NCBI GenBank assembly: GCA_903842795.1 | Contig: CAIMNJ010000013.1 | Span: 5,302 to 69,301, forward strand | Origin: an uncultured bacterium | GTDB lineage: Bacteria > Patescibacteriota > Microgenomatia > UBA1400 > PJMF01 | Reading direction: 5' to 3' | Length of the DNA stretch: 64,000 nt | Shown here: in pieces, positions 47,740 through 56,344 of the stretch | How the letters are laid out: each line of letters opens with the position of its first letter | Position numbering within the stretch: position 1 is the stretch's first letter | Made by a program: the position numbers and the translations under genes | The notes under the pieces: model-generated | What the model was told of the DNA's origin: nothing | What the model saw: only the letters and a program-made list of their open reading frames with translations | Databases searched by the model: none

Positions 47740-48027
47740 ATGTCCAAAGAAGAGGACGATCGCAAACGCGATGCTTCGATTCATTTTTCTACTCCAGGTC
47801 ATTGGTGGAGTGGTTATGGTGAGCGAAACAGATCTAAAGATGCAGAAATTGATCCAGGTACGCTTAATTTAAATGATATCCAAGATTTCTTGCAATTTCT
47901 TGCAGCCATCAACCGAGGTGAGCAGAAGTCTATAAATTTCTTAAGTAGAATGCCTGCAAAAAGAATTAGTCAGCTCAAAGCTACTCATGAAGCTCTTGGT
48001 GCCCAACTCTTAGCTCTTGGTGAATAA
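47740..48027 (+). CDS. Hypothetical small protein
   Basis: A 95-aa ORF 4 nt after dedA. Confidence 0.35.
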   Translation: MSKEEDDRKRDASIHFSTPGHWWSGYGERNRSKDAEIDPGTLNLNDIQDFLQFLAAINRGEQKSINFLSRMPAKRISQLKATHEALGAQLLALGE

Positions 48028-48057
48028 AGCCTTCCAAACTTATGATATTATGAATAG

Positions 48058-50625
48058 ATGTCTAAGTTTACAGACGTCAATCAAGTAGTAGGCTTATCTT
48101 CCCAAAAAGCTGTCAAAATACTCAAGGCTGATGGTCCCAATGAGCTTTCTTCCCAAAAAAAACAAAGCAGTTTCAAACTTTTACTAAAGGTTCTTTCTGA
48201 GCCAATGCTTTTGTTGTTGGTTATTTGTGGCGTAATTTATTTATTTATGGGCGAATCTAGCGATGCAGCTATGCTGGTTTTTGCTGTTTTTGTGGTTATT
48301 GGAATTACTTTTTATCAGGAAAGAAAGACAGAGAGAACTTTAGAAGCACTCAGAAATTTATCTAGTCCCAGAGCTTTGGTAATTAGAGATGGAAAGCAAA
48401 TAAGAATTGCTGGTAGAGAAGTTGTTAAAGAAGACATTATCATTTTGCATGAGGGGGATAGAGTTCCAGCCGATGCAATTATTCTTTCTTGTGAAAATCT
48501 TTCAGTTGATGAATCTTTGCTGACTGGTGAATCAATGCCTGTTAGAAAAATGTCATGGGATGGTAAAGCCGAGCAGCAACGACCAGGTGGAGATGATTTG
48601 CCTTTTGTTTACTCTGGTTCTTTGGTTGTAAGTGGTCGTGGAATAGCTCGTGTTTCTTCTATTGGTGCCCAAACAGAAATGGGCAAAATAGGTAAAAGCC
48701 TAGAAGCTATTAAAGAAGAAGATACTCTTTTACATCAGGAAACCACCAAAATTGTTCGTTTTGTAGCTATTGTTGGAGTTATTCTTTGTTTGATTGTTGT
48801 GGCAATTTATGTTTTTGTAAAAGGTAATTTTATTCAAGGACTTTTGGCAGGTTTAACGCTTAGCATGGGTATTTTACCGGAAGAATTCCCGGTAGTTTTA
48901 TTGATCTTTTTAACTCTTGGAGCTTGGAGAATTTCCAAAAGAAAAGTTTTAGCTAGAAAATCTGCAGCTATTGAAACTCTTGGTGCAGCGAGTGTTTTAT
49001 GTACTGATAAAACTGGAACACTGACATTAAATAAAATGGAACTAACTAGTCTTTATGTGGAAAATTCTTTTTATGAGGTTAGTAATTTTGCTTCCACCGA
49101 TCTTCCTGTCAAGTTTTGTAACTTACTAGAGTATTCAGTTTTGGCTAGCCAAAAGGATCCTTTTGATCCAATCGAAAAAGAATTGATTAATACTGGTCGT
49201 GCTTACTTAACCAATACAAAATATTTGCATGAAGATTGGAGTCTGGTTCGAGAATATCCACTTTCTAAAGAATTATTGGCTCTATCTCATGTATGGCAAT
49301 CCAAAAATAAACATGATTTTATTATTGCTTCCAAAGGTGCTCCTGAAGCAATTTTCAATTTATGTCACATGAGTGAAAAACAAAAAAAAGAAATTTTGCA
49401 AAAAGTGCTTGAAATGTCTGAAAAAGGTTTGCGTGTTTTAGGTGTGGCAGAAGCCAGATTTTCTAAAGATAAATTACCAAACAATCAACATGATTTTGCT
49501 TTCGAATTTGTGGGTTTGCTTGGATTCATTGACCCGGTTCGCTCAAGCGTGCCAGCCTCTGTTAAGGAAGCTTATGAGGCTGGAATGAGAGTGATTGTGA
49601 TTACAGGTGATTATCCTGGAACCGCACAATTTATTGCTAGAAAAATTGGCATAAAAAATACAGAAGAATATATCACTGGTCCAGAGTTAGAAAAAATGGA
49701 TTATTTGGAACTGAGAAAAAAAATACAAAACATCAATATTTTTGCTAGAGTTGTGCCTGAGCAAAAACTCGCAATTGTCAACGCCCTCAAAGCGAATGGT
49801 GAAATTGTGGCTATGACTGGCGATGGAGTGAATGATGCGCCAGCCTTAAAAGCTGCACATATTGGCATTGCTATGGGTGAACGTGGAACTGACGTGGCCA
49901 GAGAAGCTGCCGCGCTAGTTTTGCTTAATGATGATTTTTCTTCAATTGTAGCCGCAGTGCGTCTTGGTAGAAGAATTTTTAGCAACATTAAAAGGGCGAT
50001 GGGCTATATTTTGGCGGTTCATGTGCCGATAGCCGGCATGTCTTTATTGCCTTTAGTTTTTGATTTTCCAGTGGTGCTGCTGCCGGCTCATATTGCCTTT
50101 TTAGAGTTAGTTATTGATCCTGCTTGTTCTGTGGTTTTTGAAGCAGAAAAAGAGGAGCATAAGGTGATGAAGGTACCACCGAGAAATATCAAAGAACCAA
50201 TGTTGAATTTCAGAATAGTTTTGATGAATTTATTGCAAGGCTTCGGAGTTTTATTGGCTAATTTTGCCTTATTTGCTTTTATGGTTAAGAGTGGCAGAGG
50301 AGAATTAGAAGCACGGTCTTTTGCTTTTGCTACTTTGGTAATTGCTAATTTGGTTTTGATTTTGGTTAATCTTTCTTGGAGAAAAAACATTTTAGAAATT
50401 ATTTTTGAAGGCAATAAATCTTTGTTTTTTGTTGCTTTTGGCACTTTGTTTTGTCTTTTTGCTGTTTTAAATGTGCCATTTTTTTCCAATATTTTTCATT
50501 TAACTGCTCTTCACTTTGATGATTTTTTAATTATCTTAACGGTAGTGTTTTTTAGCTTAATTTGGTTTGAAATATGGAAAATTTTGCGCAATCTCAATTT
50601 CTTCAAAAAAAGCTCTGGCAAATAG
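48058..50625 (+). CDS. P-type ATPase, type IIA (Ca2+-transporting-like)
   Basis: DKTGTLT, TGDGVNDAPAL, a PEEFP variant of PEGLP, and 10 TM helices. Confidence 0.85.
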   Translation: MSKFTDVNQVVGLSSQKAVKILKADGPNELSSQKKQSSFKLLLKVLSEPMLLLLVICGVIYLFMGESSDAAMLVFAVFVVIGITFYQERKTERTLEALRNLSSPRALVIRDGKQIRIAGREVVKEDIIILHEGDRVPADAIILSCENLSVDESLLTGESMPVRKMSWDGKAEQQRPGGDDLPFVYSGSLVVSGRGIARVSSIGAQTEMGKIGKSLEAIKEEDTLLHQETTKIVRFVAIVGVILCLIVVAIYVFVKGNFIQGLLAGLTLSMGILPEEFPVVLLIFLTLGAWRISKRKVLARKSAAIETLGAASVLCTDKTGTLTLNKMELTSLYVENSFYEVSNFASTDLPVKFCNLLEYSVLASQKDPFDPIEKELINTGRAYLTNTKYLHEDWSLVREYPLSKELLALSHVWQSKNKHDFIIASKGAPEAIFNLCHMSEKQKKEILQKVLEMSEKGLRVLGVAEARFSKDKLPNNQHDFAFEFVGLLGFIDPVRSSVPASVKEAYEAGMRVIVITGDYPGTAQFIARKIGIKNTEEYITGPELEKMDYLELRKKIQNINIFARVVPEQKLAIVNALKANGEIVAMTGDGVNDAPALKAAHIGIAMGERGTDVAREAAALVLLNDDFSSIVAAVRLGRRIFSNIKRAMGYILAVHVPIAGMSLLPLVFDFPVVLLPAHIAFLELVIDPACSVVFEAEKEEHKVMKVPPRNIKEPMLNFRIVLMNLLQGFGVLLANFALFAFMVKSGRGELEARSFAFATLVIANLVLILVNLSWRKNILEIIFEGNKSLFFVAFGTLFCLFAVLNVPFFSNIFHLTALHFDDFLIILTVVFFSLIWFEIWKILRNLNFFKKSSGK

Positions 50626-50724
50626 TCCTATAATCTTGAAAATTTAGCTTTTGCCTGGTATAATTCGTCCTTAGGCTCACAAATCCCAAGAGTGAGTCTG
50701 CAATTGATGTTTAAGGAGGCAGAA

Positions 50725-51018
50725 ATGTCTATCAAACAGCAAATCGCAGAAAAGTACGGGATCAAGGTGGAAGATCTCGTCGCGGTCATTTACTACAGTG
50801 ACCGTTCCTACACGCATGTAACCGCTTTTGGCTCTCATCTCAATCATATTGAGAAGGAAATCAAGGGCGCTCCTACCTGCAAAAACCAACAGTTCACGGC
50901 CAAGAACTGGTCTGAACTCAAGGTTGTCCCCGAAGATGGCAGCGTCGTCGATGCGTTGACGTTTGCCCTCGATGAAGGAAAAATTCTGCTTGTTTCTGGC
51001 AATCCACCAAAGCCATAA
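50725..51018 (+). CDS. Hypothetical soluble protein (97 aa) in a GC-rich islet
   Basis: RBS aaggaggcagaaATG. The ORF-track start at 50692 lacks an RBS. Confidence 0.45.
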   Translation: MSIKQQIAEKYGIKVEDLVAVIYYSDRSYTHVTAFGSHLNHIEKEIKGAPTCKNQQFTAKNWSELKVVPEDGSVVDALTFALDEGKILLVSGNPPKP

Positions 51019-51032
51019 CAAGCGCAACCGCT

Positions 51033-51064
51033 CAGACCGAAGCTTTGTGAAAAGCTTCGGTCTG
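51033..51064 (+). terminator. Perfect 14-bp hairpin
   Basis: CAGACCGAAGCTTT-gtga-AAAGCTTCGGTCTG. Confidence 0.55.
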
Positions 51065-51147
51065 ACAACCCTTCTCCAAAATCATTCTCCAACCAAATGA
51101 AAAACTACCACTTGTTATTTTCTTGGTATTTTGGGATACTATTCTTA

Positions 51148-51162
51148 TCCCCCAATGGGGGA
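51148..51162 (+). promoter_or_regulatory. Candidate CsoR operator (C-tract/G-tract palindrome)
   Basis: TCCCCCAATGGGGGA is a perfect palindrome 38 nt upstream of csoR. Known CsoR operators are CCC..GGG-type inverted repeats. Confidence 0.35.
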
Positions 51163-51199
51163 CTAGAAAATAACTAAAACTGATAGAGGAGAAAACAAT

Positions 51200-51469
51200 A
51201 TGTTCCACACCAAAACCAAAAAGGATAACGCATTGCATCGTCTCAAAATTGCTCGCGGTCATTTGGAAAAAGTTATCAAAATGGTTGAAGATGATGTTTA
51301 TTGTATTGATGTTTTAATTCAAACCAAAGCTGTGCGCAGCGCTTTAGAAAAAGTGGATGAGGTTCTTTTGGAGGAACATCTATCTTGTTGCGTAGTTGAT
51401 CATATTAAACAGGGTAGATCCAAACAAGCAGTGACAGAAATTATGAAAGTTTTTAGTAAATCAAAATAA
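51200..51469 (+). CDS. csoR: CsoR/RcnR-family metal-sensing repressor
   Basis: The DUF156 fold: HRLKIARGHLEKVIKMVEDDVYCIDVLIQTKAVRSALEKV with Cys, His and Cys ligand positions. Confidence 0.75.
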   Translation: MFHTKTKKDNALHRLKIARGHLEKVIKMVEDDVYCIDVLIQTKAVRSALEKVDEVLLEEHLSCCVVDHIKQGRSKQAVTEIMKVFSKSK

Positions 51470-51471
51470 AG

Positions 51472-52035
51472 GTGTATATGTCCAAAGGATTGCAAATATC
51501 TCTCTTCTCCATCATCTTTTTATCAGGTATTGGTTTTGGATATTTCCTTACTCCAGAATACCAGGTGCAAAATATTCAGATGAAAAAATCTCATGACTTA
51601 GGCCAAGCAGATCAGTGGGTAGATCTGCGTTACACTGATAATATGATTGCTCATCATTTATCAGCAATCTATTTATTGGAACAAGCTTTAGCCAAAACTG
51701 ATCGCCAGGAAATAAAAGACTTGGCTAATATTGTGATTGCTGCTGATCGCGCTGGCATTGAGAGTCTTTATGCCAATAAAAAGGCTTGGTACAACAATAC
51801 CCGTCAAATAACTACTTTTAATAAAGTTAATTTGGGAGACAAAGATGAAAAGTTTGATTTGCGTTTGCTTAATGCTCTTTTAATTCATCACAAAGAGGCT
51901 ATTGAATCAGCTAAAGAAATTTCTACCAAAAGCGTGCGTAGTGAAGTTCTTAATTTAGCCGATGTAGTTAATCAATCCTTAACCGACAATTCTAAGCAAT
52001 TAGAATTATGGAGAAAGCAGTGGTATGGCATCTAA
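51472..52035 (+). CDS. DUF305-family protein (CopM-like, membrane-anchored)
   Basis: DLRYTDNMIAHHLSAIYL and a second LLIHHKEAIESA repeat, the HH motifs of DUF305. Confidence 0.6.
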   Translation: MYMSKGLQISLFSIIFLSGIGFGYFLTPEYQVQNIQMKKSHDLGQADQWVDLRYTDNMIAHHLSAIYLLEQALAKTDRQEIKDLANIVIAADRAGIESLYANKKAWYNNTRQITTFNKVNLGDKDEKFDLRLLNALLIHHKEAIESAKEISTKSVRSEVLNLADVVNQSLTDNSKQLELWRKQWYGI

Positions 52036-54307
52036 AGAAAAAATTACTCTCAAAGTTAAGGGCATGCATTGTGCGAGCTGTGCCAATGTCATCGCCAAAA
52101 GTTTGAGTAAAATTGATGGGGTTAAAGAAGCTAATAGTTTTTATGCCACGGAAGAGGCAGTGGTTAGTTATGATGACTCTCAAACTAACGTTAAGGAAAT
52201 GAACAAAAAATTAAAGCCACTTGGTTATGAATTATTGGAAGAAAAACCAGAGATCGCAAATGATCGTGGGCAACATAATCCTAATAATCATCATCATGCT
52301 GAAATGCTTGAATTGGATAAAGAAAAAGAACAAGTTGAATTTGCTCTACCAATTGCTCTTTTTGTTTTTATTTCTATGATGTGGGAATTGGCATCTAGTA
52401 AATTTAAATTTATTCCAAGTCTTCCCTTTCCAGAATCTTTTTGGATGATGGTTCAGCTTATTTTTGCCACAATTATTCTTTTTGTCCTAGGCAAAGGTTT
52501 TTTAAGAGCCTTAATTACTTTTGTGCGTTTTGGTAAAGCCAATATGGATACTCTAGTTGGACTTGGAACTGGTGCTGCTTATTTTTATTCCTTGTTTGGC
52601 TTTTTCTTTCCTAGCTTATTGAGTCGTTTTGGTTTGCCAAATTCTTTGTATTTTGATGTGGTAATTATTGTGATTGCTTTTGTGAAATTTGGTAAATATT
52701 TGGAGGCTCGCTCCAAAATGCGCACCGGCGAAGCAGTGGCTTCTCTGATTAAATTACAGGCCAAAACAGCTTTGGTTAAACGTGGCAATGATTTTGTGGA
52801 ATTAGCGATAGAAGAAGTCAAAGTTGGAGATTTGCTCAAAATTAAACCAGGCAGTAGTGTGCCTGTGGATGGCATCATTGAAGATGGCGAATCAAATCTT
52901 GATGAATCAATGATTACTGGTGAGTCTCTACCCCTCGCGAAAGTCAAAAATGATGAAGTTGTGGCAGGTACTCTCAATATTGATGGAGTTATTTTTATTA
53001 AAGCCAAAAAAGTTGGTAAGGAAACTGTTTTAGCCAAAATTGTAGAGATGGTCAAAAATGCTCAGAATTCTAAAGCTCCTATTGAGCGTTTAGCTGATCA
53101 AGTTTCTGCTATTTTTGTACCAACAGTTTTAGTAATTGCTTTGTTGACAATTTTGACTTGGGTTTTTTGGCCAACAATTAATTTACCATTTTCTCAGGAA
53201 TTAGCTTTTGGTATTAATTGCATGATTGCTGTTTTAGTTATTGCTTGTCCTTGCGCGCTTGGTCTTGCTACGCCAACTGCGATGATTGTAGGTGTAGGCA
53301 ATGCTGCTAAAAAGGGTATTTTGATCAAAAATGCTGAGAGTCTAGAACAGCTCCATAGTGTTACCACTGTGGTTTTTGATAAAACTGGCACCCTTACTAC
53401 CGGCAAGCCAAGTTTGGAGCGTGTAATTGGTTTTTCAAATCATGGTGAAGAAGAGATTTTAAGTTTAGCAGCAGCTTTAGAAAATCACTCAGAGCATCCT
53501 TTGGCCAAAGCGGTAGTGGAAGAAGCCAAAAAGCGTCAACTTACTCTTAAAAAAGTGGAGAAATTTCAAAATTTAGCCGGTGAAGGTGTCAAAGGACAAA
53601 TTGGCAAAGCAACTTATTGGATTGGCAGTGAAAAATTTGCTTTGAACAAACATACTTTGCCAAAAACTGCTAATTTTTCTGCTAATCCTGGGGAATCACT
53701 CCTCTATTTACTTGATGAAAAAAGTATTTTGGGTGTAATCACAGTAGCTGACCAACTTAAAGAAACCACCAAAGAAGCAATCGATAAATTGAAGAAATTA
53801 AACATCAAAATGGTAATGCTTAGTGGTGATCGCCAAGATACCGCCAATCATTTTGCCAAAACATTAGGCATTAATGAAGCCATTGGCGAGGTCAAACCAG
53901 ACCAAAAATTAGCCAAAATCAAAGAGCTCAAAGCTCAAGGCGAAATTGTAGCCATGGTAGGCGATGGTGTTAATGATGCGCCGGCTCTCGCAGTCGCAGA
54001 TGTAGGTATTGCAATGAGTACTGGTACAGAAGTGGCTATGTTCACTGCTGCAGCCACAATTTTACGTGGAGATTTACTCAAAGTAGAAACTGCTATCTCT
54101 ATTTCTAAATCAGTAATGAGAGTAGTGCGTCAAAATTTATTTTGGGCTTTTGCCTACAATATTATTGGTATTCCCCTAGCAGCAGGGCTACTCTATCCGT
54201 TTTTTGGAGTGTTGCTTAATCCAGCTTTTGCTGGCATGGCCATGGCTTTTTCTAGCGTGAGTGTTGTTACTAATTCGTTAAGATTGAAATTAATCAACAA
54301 AAGTTAA
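52025..54307 (+). CDS. copA: Copper-translocating P1B-type ATPase
   Basis: The HMA domain GMHCASCANVI, CPC motif VIACPCALGLATP, DKTGTLT and GDGVNDAPAL. Confidence 0.9.
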   Translation: MASKEKITLKVKGMHCASCANVIAKSLSKIDGVKEANSFYATEEAVVSYDDSQTNVKEMNKKLKPLGYELLEEKPEIANDRGQHNPNNHHHAEMLELDKEKEQVEFALPIALFVFISMMWELASSKFKFIPSLPFPESFWMMVQLIFATIILFVLGKGFLRALITFVRFGKANMDTLVGLGTGAAYFYSLFGFFFPSLLSRFGLPNSLYFDVVIIVIAFVKFGKYLEARSKMRTGEAVASLIKLQAKTALVKRGNDFVELAIEEVKVGDLLKIKPGSSVPVDGIIEDGESNLDESMITGESLPLAKVKNDEVVAGTLNIDGVIFIKAKKVGKETVLAKIVEMVKNAQNSKAPIERLADQVSAIFVPTVLVIALLTILTWVFWPTINLPFSQELAFGINCMIAVLVIACPCALGLATPTAMIVGVGNAAKKGILIKNAESLEQLHSVTTVVFDKTGTLTTGKPSLERVIGFSNHGEEEILSLAAALENHSEHPLAKAVVEEAKKRQLTLKKVEKFQNLAGEGVKGQIGKATYWIGSEKFALNKHTLPKTANFSANPGESLLYLLDEKSILGVITVADQLKETTKEAIDKLKKLNIKMVMLSGDRQDTANHFAKTLGINEAIGEVKPDQKLAKIKELKAQGEIVAMVGDGVNDAPALAVADVGIAMSTGTEVAMFTAAATILRGDLLKVETAISISKSVMRVVRQNLFWAFAYNIIGIPLAAGLLYPFFGVLLNPAFAGMAMAFSSVSVVTNSLRLKLINKS

Positions 54308-55522
54308 AGCGATGCCAGTTTTGTCGGCACGGCCAGTACGACCAATGCGATGAATATAATCTTCATAGGTTTCTGGAAGATCATAGTTAATGACATGAGT
54401 CACATCTTTGATATCCAAACCTCTAGAAACTACATCAGTAGCAAGCAAGATTTGAATGCGATTTTCGCGGAATTGTTGCAAGGCTCTTTGTCTTTGGCCT
54501 TGGCTTTTATTGCCATGAATAGAGGCAACTTTGAAACCTCTTTGGTCTAAATCTCTAGTCAGTCTTTCCATGCCATGTTTAGTGCGGCCAAAAACTAGAA
54601 CTTTTTGAAATTCATCTTGAATCAAAAGATCATGAAGGACATCGATTTTGGCGCGACCTTGAATTCGGACAACATCTTGATTGATATTAGCTTTACTTTC
54701 TCTAGATTTAATAGTGACAAAAGCTGGATTTCTAAGAAAACCCTGCATAATTTCCTCCACTTTTTTGCTAGTGGTGGCAGAGAAGAACAAAGATTGTCTT
54801 TCACTTGGCAGATCACTAATAATTCTTTTAACATCATGAATGAAGCCCATATCGAGCATTCTATCCACCTCATCCAAAACAATAGTATTGAAATGAGCAA
54901 AATTTATTTTTCTTCTGTCGTTTAAATCTTTAAGACGACCTGGAGTACCAATGACGAAAGCTGGTCTTCTTTGCAAGCGCTCAATTTGGCGAGAAATAGA
55001 AGATCCACCAATCAAAATGGTGGAGAAAATTGGTAAGTTTTGACTAAAAGTCACCAATTCTTCTCTGATTTGCAAAGCAAGTTCGCGAGTTGGGGTAACC
55101 ACCAAAACTCTAGTGCTTGGATCTCTCAAAACTTTATCAATTAAGGGTAATAAAAAGGCTGCAGTTTTGCCTGTACCAGTATTGGCAATGCCAACTACAT
55201 CACGTTCTTCCAAAATGTATGGAATGATTTGATCTTGAATTGGTGTAGGAGTTTGATAACCCTTAAGAGTTAAGTTTTTCTTAATTTGTTCGTGGATGGC
55301 AAAATCAGCAAAAGCATGTTCATTTTGATAAACTTCTTCTGTGACCTGTTCTTCAATGACGGCTTTTTGGATAAACATAGAAGGGTCAAAGCTAACCGCT
55401 TTTCTCCCTCTACGATTGCCACCAAAAGATGGTCTATTCCCACCAAAAGATGGACGACCACCACGAGAGTGATTGGAATGACTACCACGAGAATTGAAAC
55501 GATGGTTTCTGTTGCTATACAT
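54290..55522 (-). CDS. DEAD-box ATP-dependent RNA helicase (DEVD variant) with an N-terminal RGG/Gly-Arg-rich tail
   Basis: Q-motif, motif I ANTGTGKT, motif II DEVD, SAT, and HRIGRTGRA. Confidence 0.85.
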   Translation of the reverse strand: MYSNRNHRFNSRGSHSNHSRGGRPSFGGNRPSFGGNRRGRKAVSFDPSMFIQKAVIEEQVTEEVYQNEHAFADFAIHEQIKKNLTLKGYQTPTPIQDQIIPYILEERDVVGIANTGTGKTAAFLLPLIDKVLRDPSTRVLVVTPTRELALQIREELVTFSQNLPIFSTILIGGSSISRQIERLQRRPAFVIGTPGRLKDLNDRRKINFAHFNTIVLDEVDRMLDMGFIHDVKRIISDLPSERQSLFFSATTSKKVEEIMQGFLRNPAFVTIKSRESKANINQDVVRIQGRAKIDVLHDLLIQDEFQKVLVFGRTKHGMERLTRDLDQRGFKVASIHGNKSQGQRQRALQQFRENRIQILLATDVVSRGLDIKDVTHVINYDLPETYEDYIHRIGRTGRADKTGIALTFVD

Positions 55523-55660
55523 ATTTTTTCTTTCTTTAATCCTTCATGGGTCAAAGACAAGAAGCAATATTATGCGTGCTCAAACCAGATGAATTCTTTT
55601 AAATAAGAAACGGCATTATATCATTTAATCATTATGTTTGCAAGTTATAGGACATTCTAA

Positions 55661-55689
55661 ATTGACTTTTTGAGTAAAATATCCTATAA
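55661..55689 (+). promoter_or_regulatory. Consensus sigma-70 promoter TTGACT-17-TATAAT
   Basis: ttgact at 55661-55666, tataat at 55684-55689, about 165 nt upstream of the 55857 gene. Confidence 0.5.
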
Positions 55690-55787
55690 TAATTAGTTAT
55701 ATTTCTTAATTTGCTCTAGAGTATTGCACTTTAGAAGCAGGTGGAAATGTTCTTTAAAAGCCTAGGGTACAATTTTTTATGTAAGCC

Positions 55788-55841
55788 TTTATTTGGCCCA
55801 GACTGCGTATTCTTGCGAATACCTAGTCTGGGCCAAATAAA
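55788..55841 (+). repeat. 54-nt near-perfect palindrome (17-bp perfect arms plus an inner 6-bp stem) in the 5' UTR
   Basis: TTTATTTGGCCCAGACT ... AGTCTGGGCCAAATAAA with inner GTATTC-ttgc-GAATAC. No U-tract follows. Confidence 0.6.
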
Positions 55842-55856
55842 AAGGAAAAGTGCTGA

Positions 55857-56282
55857 ATGAACATCAAAGTAATCTCGTTTGTTTTGTTGGTTACGATTTT
55901 TTTCAGTTTTGCTTCGCCTGCAGGCGTGCAGGCGAACCCAGCCTCTCAAACAGTGAAAATCTGTTGGACTGAATGGGTGTTTTCTGAACAGTGTATTAAT
56001 ATCGACACTAGTTCTTACGCAAATCCAAATATCACTGCTCGATGGAATGGCGCTCAACCCTTTATGGGGATGAGGTTTGGTGGCTCGTGGGACATTTCCT
56101 ACGAAGGTGGAAGTTTTAGCATATCTCCTGATTATTTCAGGGTGACTTCCTCCAATCCAAACTTGCCTTTTACTAAGCAAGTAGATGATTTTGTGGCTGA
56201 AACTGGTGACATCGGAGAGGGTCAAGAGTTTGGTCCTTTCATAACTATCCAGTCTGGAGTCACAATCACAATTGGCGAATAG
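55857..56282 (+). CDS. Secreted hypothetical protein (141 aa)
   Basis: The signal peptide MNIKVISFVLLVTIFFSFASPAGVQA. RBS aaaggaaaag. Confidence 0.5.
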   Translation: MNIKVISFVLLVTIFFSFASPAGVQANPASQTVKICWTEWVFSEQCINIDTSSYANPNITARWNGAQPFMGMRFGGSWDISYEGGSFSISPDYFRVTSSNPNLPFTKQVDDFVAETGDIGEGQEFGPFITIQSGVTITIGE

Positions 56283-56344
56283 CCAAGTTTTTTCCTGACC
56301 TACATATCGAGTTGACCCTAGGTTCAGGACCTTCTTTACAAATA

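Noticed and set aside
50677-51262. Minus-strand ORFs 50677..51027, 50844..51092 and 51032..51262
   Set aside because: They are antisense to the RBS-supported small gene in GC islet 3 and run through its terminator hairpin. Their products have no features.
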